From: a virus
Lineage: Duplodnaviria; Caudoviricetes
DNA length: 64,000 nucleotides
Reading direction: 5' to 3' (one strand)
IMG/VR virus record: IMGVR_UViG_2595698868_000001
Location: 192,001-256,000 of that record
Shown here in pieces: positions 9,303 to 18,005 of the stretch (positions are counted from its first letter, which is position 1; every line of letters begins with the position of its first letter). Position numbers and translations under genes: made by a program. A model generated the notes under the pieces. The model was not told where the DNA came from. It did no database searches and worked only from the letters and a program-made list of their open reading frames with translations.

Positions 9303-9562
9303 CTTGGACGTGCTGCCTTTCCTGCGGGACTGGCAACGTCCGAGGGGTGGAAGCGGAGAAGAGGAACGCAACAGCAAAGATGAGGCTCCGGCCTTCATCA
9401 TGGAACCCACCGCTTACGCGGACATCTCTTTGCTAACCGGAATTACTCTACGGAGTGCCCTTATGGGCTTGTTGTTTGTTCCGGACTGTAGAGATTTGTG
9501 GGTTGCGCGTTGTCCGTTGTAGCTTGCCCTTTGTCCAGCGCCCTTTATCACCGCTTCCACTC
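9303..9562 (+). ncRNA. putative structured ncRNA with a 7-nt periodic UUG array
   Basis: Hairpin 9303-9344; 12-bp closing stem 9345-9356/9551-9562; inner stems 9373-9380/9427-9434 and 9437-9442/9479-9484; TTG at 9496, 9503, 9510, 9517, 9524, 9531. Confidence 0.7.
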
Positions 9563-9582
9563 TACCAATTCACGGAGTCCTC

Positions 9583-9828
9583 ATGCGTAAGACCTTCTTC
9601 GGTGAACTGATCTTCCAACCCGGCGACGATTTCTTCGCTGAATGGAACATGAACTTCCAGGAAGACCCGGACGGAGAAATCGCCCGGTTCATCGAGCATG
9701 ATCCTGAAACCGGTTGGGGCTGCGAGATCACCGATAACAACGACCGCACCGCCCACGCCGCCGACTTCGAGAGCCGCGAGGCCCTGGTCGAGTGGTTGAC
9801 CCAGAACAAGATCGAGGTCGAGGTCTAG
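9583..9828 (+). CDS. acidic hypothetical protein
   Basis: GGAG RBS. Confidence 0.75.
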   Translation: MRKTFFGELIFQPGDDFFAEWNMNFQEDPDGEIARFIEHDPETGWGCEITDNNDRTAHAADFESREALVEWLTQNKIEVEV

Positions 9829-9831
9829 GCC

Positions 9832-10431
9832 ATGAACCGTCGTGAAATCCTCCTGGGCGCCGCCGCCATGGCAGGTGCTTCGGCCGTCGGTCTTCCCGCG
9901 CTCGCCACCGTTCGCGTTCGTGGTGCATGGGAAGACCTCGACAGCGATAAGGCCCATGCCTTCGTCTTCTGGTCGGCGGAAGCGAACGCGAGTCCGCACC
10001 GCAAGGTGGTCCGCGACTGGATCAAGGAAGTGGTCGATACGGGCATCCTGTACTGCGCCGGCGACGGCTTCATCGGTGATCGCACAGTGCGCGTCGAGAA
10101 CCTCCGGTTCGACGTTGCCTGGGGCAAGCCAGTGTTCAACTACATGTCCGGCTACACCGATGAGATTGGTCCGTCGATCACGATCACCGAGCACATGCCG
10201 GACGGCAGGGATGCCGTTTTCGCGCCGGTTGGCCTCGCCTCGACCCACGGATCGACGCACGTTCGCGCCGAGTATCGGGACGTCTACTTGGTTCGCAAGC
10301 CGCTGCTTCGTTACGAGGAGGAGCGAGAACTGCGGTACGTCCTCGGCGACACTAACGGCTACAGCCCCAATTCGCGCATCGGCTATGACATGCGCTGGCT
10401 GGACGACTTCAAGCTGAAGGGTTCGGTCTGA
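9832..10431 (+). CDS. hypothetical protein with twin-arginine-like N-terminus
   Basis: MNRREILLGAAAMAGASAVGLPALA resembles a Tat signal peptide. Confidence 0.65.
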   Translation: MNRREILLGAAAMAGASAVGLPALATVRVRGAWEDLDSDKAHAFVFWSAEANASPHRKVVRDWIKEVVDTGILYCAGDGFIGDRTVRVENLRFDVAWGKPVFNYMSGYTDEIGPSITITEHMPDGRDAVFAPVGLASTHGSTHVRAEYRDVYLVRKPLLRYEEERELRYVLGDTNGYSPNSRIGYDMRWLDDFKLKGSV

Positions 10432-10838
10432 TGGTCCAGCCGCGCCGGTCCTTCGAATCGATCCGTGAAGTGGTCGCGGCCTGTTCGTACCCAGGCTTGG
10501 ACTTCAAGCTCGCGACGCATCCAGGCACGGATAAGCCATATCTCCAGATCGTCTGCGAGGATGGCGTTGACACGAAGACCGGTGAGGCTGCCTCCTGGAA
10601 AGGGCGTAAGTGGGACCTGTCCTACTACGCGACCGACACCGAGATCGTTCAGACCGCTTGGGCCGCCGTCCAGCGAGCCTTGATCCACGAGGCGAGCGAG
10701 ATGTTCAAGTTCAAGGACGCGGCCATCTATGATCGCCACATCAGCGTCCATCGACTGGTCGACCTGATCGCGGGCGCCGATCCCTACGACAGCCGCGAAG
10801 ACGCGATGAACGGCCTTGGAGAAGACAGTGCTGCGTAG
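10431..10838 (+). CDS. hypothetical phage protein
   Basis: TGATG coupling; GRKW...EIVQTAW...HEASEMF motif. Confidence 0.75.
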   Translation: MVQPRRSFESIREVVAACSYPGLDFKLATHPGTDKPYLQIVCEDGVDTKTGEAASWKGRKWDLSYYATDTEIVQTAWAAVQRALIHEASEMFKFKDAAIYDRHISVHRLVDLIAGADPYDSREDAMNGLGEDSAA

Positions 10839-11562
10839 TCAGGCCATCGTAATCGACCTAGGCGACACCCAGACCTATCACGATCTCGACGGCGTCCACG
10901 CCGACTACGCTGCCGGCATGCGCAAGCTGGGCTACGACGTCAGCCAGGAACTGCGCAAGAAGTTCTTGTCGCCCGGTACCGGACATCCGCTGAAGCGTGA
11001 GATGTACGAAAAGATTAAGGGCACCGATTTCTTCCGATATCTACCGATCATGCCCGGCTCGGTCGAGATGTATCGTGCCCTGAAGAGCACGAACGAGCCG
11101 GTCATCCTGACCGCTTCACCGCTGTTCGGTGCGACCGAGGACAACTACTATCTCAATCCGTACTGGCAAGGCGCCAAGTATCACAAGCGTGGATGGGTTG
11201 AGCATGTCTTTCTGCCGCAGACCCAGCCTTACGAAGATTTCGCCTTCGGTATGCGTCGCGTTCACTACTCCGATCACATCGCGATCGCGGATGAGAACTT
11301 CATCTGCACGACCAGTAAGCGCAAGCACGAGTTCCTTCACCACAAGCACTCCCAGCGCCAACTGCTGATCGACGACAAGATTGAGAACGTCACCGCTTGG
11401 GCCGAGGCCGGCGGTCTGGGCATCCTTCATCTCGATCCCCATACCACGATGCGGGCGGCAGCCCTCCTGTCGGGTCAGGATTTCGGTTTCGAAGGTCCCG
11501 GCGAATGGAAGCGCTGCGGCTCCAACGGGGGCTACCTGTTTGATGCGCGGGTGCCTGAATGA
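10816..11562 (+). CDS. 5'(3')-deoxyribonucleotidase-like HAD phosphatase
   Basis: DLDGVHADY, FFRYLPIMPG, ILTA, LLIDD...N...W...GG.GI; start uncertain. Confidence 0.75.
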   Translation: MEKTVLRSQAIVIDLGDTQTYHDLDGVHADYAAGMRKLGYDVSQELRKKFLSPGTGHPLKREMYEKIKGTDFFRYLPIMPGSVEMYRALKSTNEPVILTASPLFGATEDNYYLNPYWQGAKYHKRGWVEHVFLPQTQPYEDFAFGMRRVHYSDHIAIADENFICTTSKRKHEFLHHKHSQRQLLIDDKIENVTAWAEAGGLGILHLDPHTTMRAAALLSGQDFGFEGPGEWKRCGSNGGYLFDARVPE

Positions 11563-12251
11563 TCGAGGTTCCAGGCATCCGCGCCTTCGGATTCGTCCCC
11601 GGCTACGAGCGCAAGGGCCTCTATTCGATCGAGGAGGTTCACGCCCACATCGGTCCCGAGCCACGAGAGTTCGACGGCGACATGGTTCCAATGGCGTCGC
11701 AGCGTTACGTGCTGTTCGCACGCGCACATGCCTGCGTGCGTTGTGGCCTCGTAGGCGCCTTCTACGCCAAAGAGCGTAGCGCTCGGTACGTGAAGTCGAC
11801 GGGCGAATACCGACCAACGACGAACTCCTGGCACTTCAATCTCTACGCCCTAACCGATGGTCCGAGCCCCCGCGCGGTTCTGATGACCAAGGACCACATT
11901 GTGCCCAGGGCGCGCGGCGGGGCCGACGTCGATGAGAACTATCAACCGATGTGCTCGCCGTGCAATACGCGCAAAGGCCACCGCATCGAAGGCGAGTCTG
12001 ACGAGGAATTCCAAGCTTCGCCGGCGGAGGTGGCCCGACGCCGCACGATCGAAGAGGCCCGCGCGCGCAAGCGGGATCGCCACACCGAGGCGCGTCACCT
12101 CCTGATCCAACAGGTCAAGCGCCTGTGTAAAGAGGTGGGTTTGGAGCCGCCAACCGACAACGAGTTCTGTCGGATCGCTAATCGCAAACTGTCAGCGCGG
12201 ATCAGTGATCTGCTTCTGATCAAGAACCAGACGGTGGTGGCCTATGCCTGA
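11559..12251 (+). CDS. HNH endonuclease family protein
   Basis: CVRCG...TKDHIVPRARGGAD..NYQPMCSPCNTRKG. Confidence 0.9.
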   Translation: MIEVPGIRAFGFVPGYERKGLYSIEEVHAHIGPEPREFDGDMVPMASQRYVLFARAHACVRCGLVGAFYAKERSARYVKSTGEYRPTTNSWHFNLYALTDGPSPRAVLMTKDHIVPRARGGADVDENYQPMCSPCNTRKGHRIEGESDEEFQASPAEVARRRTIEEARARKRDRHTEARHLLIQQVKRLCKEVGLEPPTDNEFCRIANRKLSARISDLLLIKNQTVVAYA

Positions 12252-12618
12252 TACTCCGAGCATCGAACTCCTGGAGCATCGGATTGATCTCCTCAGTCAA
12301 GCACTCCTGAAGGTGCTCCAGACTGAAGGAATGATCCGGCAGGATATCGAGGAACTGACCGGGCCGGAACTCCTCCACATGGCGGACAGCTACTGCATCG
12401 CCATGAAGGAAAGCCGCACCGGCGGCATCACCCTTGAGCCGGGCGCGGCCATTCAACGTGATGATGGCCGCTTCTATGTGCCGTTGAGCCGCATACCTCC
12501 CCGCGCCGGCGTCTCCAACATCGTCGCGCGCGTGGCTTCAGATGCTTTCGAGGAGCCGGAGGTGGAAGCGCAACTGTTTGCGCTCGAACTAGCGGCCCGC
12601 TGGAATAAGGGAGCCTAA
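12244..12618 (+). CDS. hypothetical protein
   Basis: Overlaps the end of the HNH gene. Confidence 0.65.
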   Translation: MPDTPSIELLEHRIDLLSQALLKVLQTEGMIRQDIEELTGPELLHMADSYCIAMKESRTGGITLEPGAAIQRDDGRFYVPLSRIPPRAGVSNIVARVASDAFEEPEVEAQLFALELAARWNKGA

Positions 12619-12620
12619 CC

Positions 12621-13121
12621 TTGGGTACTCACCGGCGTCTCTTCTCGACAGGCTCGTCGTCTTATCGCTCCCATTCGCCAGGGTCTGGCCCCAAACCTAT
12701 TCGAGCGCACTCGCCCGGCTCATCGGAGCGTTTTGAGCCTGTCCGTCGCTCGCATTCTCCCGGCTCGCCGGCCCGTTCTTTGCCGCGCTCTTCCAGCTAT
12801 TCGTCGCCGGCGGTCACCCAAGGCCTGTCGCCGATGACGCTGGAGCCCGGCAACCCGGACCCGATGCGCTGGACTCTGCTGCGTGGCCAGAAGGTCGGGC
12901 GCGGCTTCGTCGCCGAAATCCATTACCCGGACTGCACCAACTACGAGGGCAAGAAGATTCTCGTCTTCCGGGCCGCGAGCCTGGACGCCATCGTCAAGCA
13001 GAACAAGGGAATGCTCGACCCTCACTTCACCGACGATAGCAAGATGGTTGCGCCGGTGGCTCGCTTCGAACCCACCGAGCGCGGTTGGGAACTGGCCCTG
13101 TTGATCGCGGCGAACCTCTGA
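12621..13121 (+). CDS. hypothetical protein with Ser/Arg/Pro-rich N-terminus
   Basis: GGAG RBS, TTG start; three R(S/A)HSPGS repeats, then a globular YPDCTNYEGKKIL domain. Confidence 0.7.
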   Translation: MGTHRRLFSTGSSSYRSHSPGSGPKPIRAHSPGSSERFEPVRRSHSPGSPARSLPRSSSYSSPAVTQGLSPMTLEPGNPDPMRWTLLRGQKVGRGFVAEIHYPDCTNYEGKKILVFRAASLDAIVKQNKGMLDPHFTDDSKMVAPVARFEPTERGWELALLIAANL

Positions 13122-13318
13122 TGTCGATCGTCGCCTACCATACGACGCCGTCGATCAAATACTACGCCAAACGGCGCAAGTCGGACATCATCTTCTCGAT
13201 CCACATGATGTGCGATCAATTGAAGATTGAACGCCCGCCGACCGCCGAGTTGGAGAAGAAGACCAACTACGAACTGGCTTGGCAGGCCCTGCGTCTCCAC
13301 GCCCAATTTCCCGAATAG
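13121..13318 (+). CDS. hypothetical protein
   Basis: TGATG coupling. Confidence 0.6.
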   Translation: MSIVAYHTTPSIKYYAKRRKSDIIFSIHMMCDQLKIERPPTAELEKKTNYELAWQALRLHAQFPE

Positions 13319-13327
13319 GAGTCTGTT

Positions 13328-13705
13328 GTGACCCGTCGATCCTCGTCTTCCTCAAACGTCGCCTTGTGGCTGGGCGGCGCTGTTATACTGCTCATCGTGG
13401 GCGTCATCGTCTATGCGATCGCCGATCGCGCCGGCACGCCAACGAAGAGTGGCCTCGCCCGGATCGATGAGATTCGCTACCGACCCGCCTACACCTCGAC
13501 GTCCGGATCGGGCTCGGAGAAGAAGACGACGCATCATCAAGCCGAGTGGAAGGTCGATGTCGTCACGCTGGACGGCCGCGACACCGTGACCCGTACGTGG
13601 TCGCCGCCGGCGTGGATGGCTGAAGACGGCTTCGTCAAGGCTTCGTACAGCGTCGGCCGTTTCTCGCACTCTGTCTCGATCAGCAAGCTCGAACCGATCA
13701 AGTAG
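13328..13705 (+). CDS. membrane-anchored hypothetical protein
   Basis: AGGAG RBS; one N-terminal TM helix. Confidence 0.75.
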   Translation: MTRRSSSSSNVALWLGGAVILLIVGVIVYAIADRAGTPTKSGLARIDEIRYRPAYTSTSGSGSEKKTTHHQAEWKVDVVTLDGRDTVTRTWSPPAWMAEDGFVKASYSVGRFSHSVSISKLEPIK

Positions 13706-13709
13706 CGCC

Positions 13710-13928
13710 ATGAGCCTCACCCTCACCTTCATTTCTGTCCTGGTCGCTACCGCGTTTGGCCTTTGGCTCGCGGACGATGTCATTCCGGCATACCTCAATC
13801 GGGTGACCGATACGAAAGCGTATCGGGAAATGGCGACCTATCAGGGCTGGTTGAGGGGCGTCAGCTATTTGGGTGGGGCGTGGCTTCTGGTCATGGGCAT
13901 CATGCTTTGGGTGGACGGCTACCAGTGA
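13710..13928 (+). CDS. small membrane protein
   Basis: Two hydrophobic segments. Confidence 0.65.
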   Translation: MSLTLTFISVLVATAFGLWLADDVIPAYLNRVTDTKAYREMATYQGWLRGVSYLGGAWLLVMGIMLWVDGYQ

Positions 13929-14830
13929 TCCTCGATTTCACCGCACACGCCTCGGTCCTGGATCAAAGCGTCAACTTCGTGGCGCCGGCGGCTGACGGTA
14001 TGTTCGAGGCTCGCTATGTCCGGCGCGTCCGCGATTACTTCATTGCCTACCTGTCCAGCCACACGGGCTGTGACCAGTCCTGCCGCATGTGTCATCTGAC
14101 GCAGACCCGGCAGAGGTCTATGGTCCATGCCTCGCGCCAGGACTATCTCGCGCAGGCCGATCGCGTCCTCGCCCACTACGACGGGCTGGATGAACCCGCG
14201 AACTTAGTCCACTTCAACTTCATGGCGCGCGGCGAACCTCTGTTGAACACGGGTGTCCGGCGTGATTGGCCCCGCCTCCATCGGGACCTCACCGCCAAGG
14301 CCCAGGAACGGGGTCTGGAGGCCCTGTTCAATATCTCGACGATCATGCCTTCCCAGGCGATCCTGAACCGCCTCACGGACGTTTTTCGAGACACCCAGGG
14401 CGTGCGGCTCTACTACTCGCTCTACTCGATGCGGCCTGAATTCCGCCGACGCTGGTTGCCGTACGCGATGAACCCTGAACGCGCACTCGACAAGCTGGCG
14501 GACTGGCAGGTCGCAACCGGCGGCGCCGTGGTCCTTCATTGGTCCTTCATCGAAGGCGAGAACGACGACTTCGGCACGGTCGACGAGATCATCGAAGCCG
14601 TTCGGCGTCGCGGACTGAAGACGCGCTTCAATCTGGTCCGGTACAATCCGTACTCGCCGGCCCAGGGCAAGGAGCCCAACGTGACCCTGTTGGCCGAACT
14701 CTTCAATCACCTCGCCTTCCACCTCGACAACGATCGCAGCGAGTTGCTGCAACGCATCGACCTATCCCGCATCGTTCCCCGCGTCGGGTTCGACGTGAAG
14801 GCGTCGTGCGGCATGTTCATGGAGGCGTGA
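13925..14830 (+). CDS. RlmN/Cfr-like radical SAM RNA methyltransferase
   Basis: SSHTGCDQSCRMC (CxxxCxxC), FMARGEPLLN (cf. MGMGEP), NLVRYNP, C-terminal ASCG; GTG start overlaps the upstream stop. Confidence 0.85.
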   Translation: MILDFTAHASVLDQSVNFVAPAADGMFEARYVRRVRDYFIAYLSSHTGCDQSCRMCHLTQTRQRSMVHASRQDYLAQADRVLAHYDGLDEPANLVHFNFMARGEPLLNTGVRRDWPRLHRDLTAKAQERGLEALFNISTIMPSQAILNRLTDVFRDTQGVRLYYSLYSMRPEFRRRWLPYAMNPERALDKLADWQVATGGAVVLHWSFIEGENDDFGTVDEIIEAVRRRGLKTRFNLVRYNPYSPAQGKEPNVTLLAELFNHLAFHLDNDRSELLQRIDLSRIVPRVGFDVKASCGMFMEA

Positions 14831-15051
14831 TGATCAACATCGCTCATCACTTCGACGACATCGAGCGCCATTCAACGGCGATTGAATGCGAGTGTCACGG
14901 CTATGCTGCGCGGGAGGAGGCTTCACCTTCGCGCGAAGAAGATCTCGCAGCCGGTGGCTGTGGGCGCCCAGGCTGCTGCACCGCAGCTTTCACCTGCCGC
15001 CTCTGCGGTAAACGCTGGATCGCGGCGCTGCCGGCGCCTGAGATGGAATAG
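14830..15051 (+). CDS. small Cys-rich protein
   Basis: GGAGG RBS; CECHG, CGRPGCC, CRLC. Confidence 0.65.
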   Translation: MINIAHHFDDIERHSTAIECECHGYAAREEASPSREEDLAAGGCGRPGCCTAAFTCRLCGKRWIAALPAPEME

Positions 15052-15055
15052 AACC

Positions 15056-15463
15056 ATGGGCATGTACACCGAACTCGTGTTGTCGACGCAGATCGTCGAC
15101 AACCCAGACGTGATCGCCATTCTGAACTACATGCGTGAGGGCGCCGAGGGTGAGCCTCCGGTTCCATTGCCGGACCACCCCCTGTTCCAGACGCCGCGAT
15201 GGTCGTCGCTGTTCTGCTGTTGCAGCTACTATTTTACGCCCACGACCGTCTTCAAGCTGGAGTACGACAAGATCGCCAAGGCGTGGTCTCTGGTCTCGCG
15301 CTCTGATCTGAAGAACTACCACGATGAGATCGAGAAGTTCGTCGACTGGATCAGTCCATACCTCGACGATCACTTCGGTCAGATGATCGGGTACAAGCGC
15401 TACGAGGAATCGCGAGAACCTACGATCCTGTACGCGCCTGGAGGTGAAGATGATCCAAGCTGA
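15056..15463 (+). CDS. hypothetical phage protein
   Basis: MGMYTE start; LKNY..EIEKF..WI.PY motif. Confidence 0.75.
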   Translation: MGMYTELVLSTQIVDNPDVIAILNYMREGAEGEPPVPLPDHPLFQTPRWSSLFCCCSYYFTPTTVFKLEYDKIAKAWSLVSRSDLKNYHDEIEKFVDWISPYLDDHFGQMIGYKRYEESREPTILYAPGGEDDPS

Positions 15464-15833
15464 CCTCCCCTTCACCGATCACGACCCGGCCGACATCATC
15501 GAAGGCCCGCGTATCAGCCTGCGTTACGGATCAGCGCCTACCGAAATCTGCGTCGGCGCGCGTGAGTGGCGACGCACTGATCGGGGTGATCGGTTCACCT
15601 ATCAGGGGCGGTGGCGCTCGATCGATGACTACACGGACGAGGACTGCGTCGCGGGAAAGCGGGTGCGGGTGAAGTGGCGCGACGGGTTCCGTGAGGGGAT
15701 CGCTGAGATGGATGAGGAGGGCTTCATCCTAGTCGGAGGCATCCCCTATCACGCAAAGTCGGTCGAGGTGGTGCCCGACCCGACTTGCCTCAACATGTTC
15801 GAACGCGCGATCGCCGCGCACCGGGGAGAATAG
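15444..15833 (+). CDS. hypothetical protein
   Basis: Coupled ORF; start uncertain. Confidence 0.6.
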   Translation: MKMIQADLPFTDHDPADIIEGPRISLRYGSAPTEICVGAREWRRTDRGDRFTYQGRWRSIDDYTDEDCVAGKRVRVKWRDGFREGIAEMDEEGFILVGGIPYHAKSVEVVPDPTCLNMFERAIAAHRGE

Positions 15834-15835
15834 AA

Positions 15836-16174
15836 ATGGGCATGGATGTTAGCGCCCTCGCGGGCTGGGGTATCATCACGACCTTCGGACCCGATGAGGT
15901 CGAAGGCTGGTGGGATATCGACAAGCCGGACTGGCTGAAGTGGCAGCACGTAGGGGCGTACGAAGGTGGTAGCTATTTCCTGGGCGCTGTCTACGAGCAC
16001 GACTGGCGTCGCAACGTGTCGGGGGTCCCGATCAAGGATGTGCCCGACCTGTCGCTGATCCAGGTCGAGATCGCCTCCAGCTTGGAACGCGTGAAGCGTG
16101 ACGACGGCGAACCGATCGGCGATGTTCTCACGGCTGAGACCTTCGGCTTCCACGTCTACACCCACGTCAGCTAG
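15836..16174 (+). CDS. hypothetical protein
   Basis: GGAG RBS. Confidence 0.7.
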   Translation: MGMDVSALAGWGIITTFGPDEVEGWWDIDKPDWLKWQHVGAYEGGSYFLGAVYEHDWRRNVSGVPIKDVPDLSLIQVEIASSLERVKRDDGEPIGDVLTAETFGFHVYTHVS

Positions 16175-16183
16175 GAGGGCGCC

Positions 16184-16519
16184 ATGCTCTACGAGAACAT
16201 CTCTATCCGAGGTCCGGTCGGTGACGCTCGCGATGAGCGCGTCGGCAAGTCGGCCGATGCTGAGCGTTACGTCTATGAGCCCAGCCCAAATCTGAAGGCC
16301 TTCATCACTGAGATGTACCACACGCGTGGAAGCACTCTGGACAAGATCGGCGATCTGGCGGCCAAGATCGAGCGCGGCGACGCCTCAGGAAGCGAAGAAG
16401 AATCGCTTCAGGTCTACGACGCCCTGCCCGTCCTCTACGCCTGCATCGAAGACCTCGTCGACATGTGCCGCCGGCGCGAACAAGCGCTCTGGGACAATCA
16501 CATCGCCTTTGGTCGCTAG
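16184..16519 (+). CDS. hypothetical protein
   Basis: GGAGG RBS. Confidence 0.7.
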   Translation: MLYENISIRGPVGDARDERVGKSADAERYVYEPSPNLKAFITEMYHTRGSTLDKIGDLAAKIERGDASGSEEESLQVYDALPVLYACIEDLVDMCRRREQALWDNHIAFGR

Positions 16520-16551
16520 ACAACGGCCAGCCAAACTGGCAGGTTGGCGGG

Positions 16552-17706
16552 ATGAGAGAGTTGACGATCAACATCCCGGCGCCGGTCCTGCGCCTTCGCG
16601 AAAGCTTCCGCGCTGCTGGATTCGATATCCGCAGCGTGGGCGGCATCATCCGCAACAAGCTGGCCGGCGTCGATGATCTGTCGGACCATGACTTCGCGAC
16701 CGACGCCACACCAGATGAACAGATCGCCATCTACGAGGCCCTGGGCATCCGCTACATCCTCACGGGCTACGACTACGGCACGATCACAATCGTTCTCGAA
16801 GGCATCAACTACGAGATCACCACGTTGCGCCTGGACGTAGCGACCGACGGACGCCGCGCCGCCGTCGCCTATACACGTGACTGGATCGCCGACCTCCTGC
16901 GTCGCGATCTGACCTACAACGCCATCGAGTTGACCTTCGACGGCGATCTGGTCGACCCCTACGGCGGTCGAGAAGACCTCGCGGCGGGACGCACGCGATT
17001 TGTGGGCTCGGCCCTAGCGCGTATCCAAGAGGACTACCTGCGCCTGCTGCGGTTTGTCCGCTTCCACGCAAGGTTCTCAGGCCTTGCGCCGTTCGATGAT
17101 GAGGTGATGGCTGCACTGCCGCATGTCGTCGGCGGACTGCGAATGCTCTCGAAAGAGCGTATCTGGTCCGAACTGAAGAAGATTGCAGTAGGGCCGCACG
17201 CGCCGGCGATGTTCGCCCGCATGTCGGCGACCGGCATCTTGCAAAACGCCGGCCTGCCTCCCCTGGTCCATCTCTGGGCTTTCGAGGACGCCTACCGCTA
17301 CACCCAGAATCCCATCACCCTGATGACGGTTCTCCTGGGCGACCGTGCGCTCGAAGTCGGCGCTTCGTTGCGCTGGACGAAGGAAGACCTCGCCCTGGCG
17401 GCGTTCCTTCTGAAGCATCGCAACGAACCTGTGCGCGAGAAGGCCTTGAAGCGCCTGCTCGCGGTCAAGAAGGCTCCCCTGGATCATGTCCTCGAACTGG
17501 CGCTCTCGCAAGGGCAGGTCAAGTCGGCCAATGCGGTAGAGTATTGGGACATGCCGATGTTTCCGGTGACGGGCGATGATCTGGTCGAGTTCATCGCACC
17601 CGGTCCAGGCATGGGCGCCGCGTTGAAGCGTATGAAGGAGAATTGGGCCGAGACCAACTTCACCGCGACGAAACAGCAGTTGATCGTGATGGAGGAATGG
17701 ACTTGA
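16552..17706 (+). CDS. cca: tRNA nucleotidyltransferase (class II CCA-adding enzyme)
   Basis: VGGIIRN...DHDFATDA, EITTLR.D, DLLRRDLTYNA, IQEDYLRLLRFVRF, LSKERIWSEL. Confidence 0.92.
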   Translation: MRELTINIPAPVLRLRESFRAAGFDIRSVGGIIRNKLAGVDDLSDHDFATDATPDEQIAIYEALGIRYILTGYDYGTITIVLEGINYEITTLRLDVATDGRRAAVAYTRDWIADLLRRDLTYNAIELTFDGDLVDPYGGREDLAAGRTRFVGSALARIQEDYLRLLRFVRFHARFSGLAPFDDEVMAALPHVVGGLRMLSKERIWSELKKIAVGPHAPAMFARMSATGILQNAGLPPLVHLWAFEDAYRYTQNPITLMTVLLGDRALEVGASLRWTKEDLALAAFLLKHRNEPVREKALKRLLAVKKAPLDHVLELALSQGQVKSANAVEYWDMPMFPVTGDDLVEFIAPGPGMGAALKRMKENWAETNFTATKQQLIVMEEWT

Positions 17707-18005
17707 TCCGTCCTGGCGATCTCGTCCTGATCGGCGACATTACCGATCTGACGATGAAGACAGGCCGTGTGGTGATCGCCACCGATCTGGGCATCAAGAT
17801 CGAGCCATACAAGCACACCAGCGGCCAAGTCCTCGGCGATCATGCGTTGCTTCTGTTCGAGGAGAGCAAGCCCGTGCGGGTCATCCCGACGCTCGACGCC
17901 GCGCGCTATCTCTATCACATGCGCCGCGAATGGCTCGCCGAAGTGGCGCGCTTGAATAAGTCCTTCGACGCTCGCGTCGACGCCTGGATTGGAGCCGCCA
18001 GATGA
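17697..18005 (+). CDS. hypothetical protein
   Basis: Overlaps the cca stop. Confidence 0.6.
   Translation: MDLIRPGDLVLIGDITDLTMKTGRVVIATDLGIKIEPYKHTSGQVLGDHALLLFEESKPVRVIPTLDAARYLYHMRREWLAEVARLNKSFDARVDAWIGAAR

Noticed and set aside
9304-9522. 72-aa ORF over the structured region
   Set aside because: TTG start without an RBS, atypical codon usage, and the extensive pairing plus 7-nt (non-triplet) periodicity fit an RNA better.
9496-9533. CRISPR or mini-array interpretation of the periodic TTG tract
   Set aside because: The constant part is only 3 nt with 4-nt spacers; no cas genes or 25-40-nt repeats were seen in the window.
11559-12251. HNH gene as an intron- or intein-borne homing element
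   Set aside because: Free-standing and translationally coupled to its neighbours; no interrupted host gene is evident.
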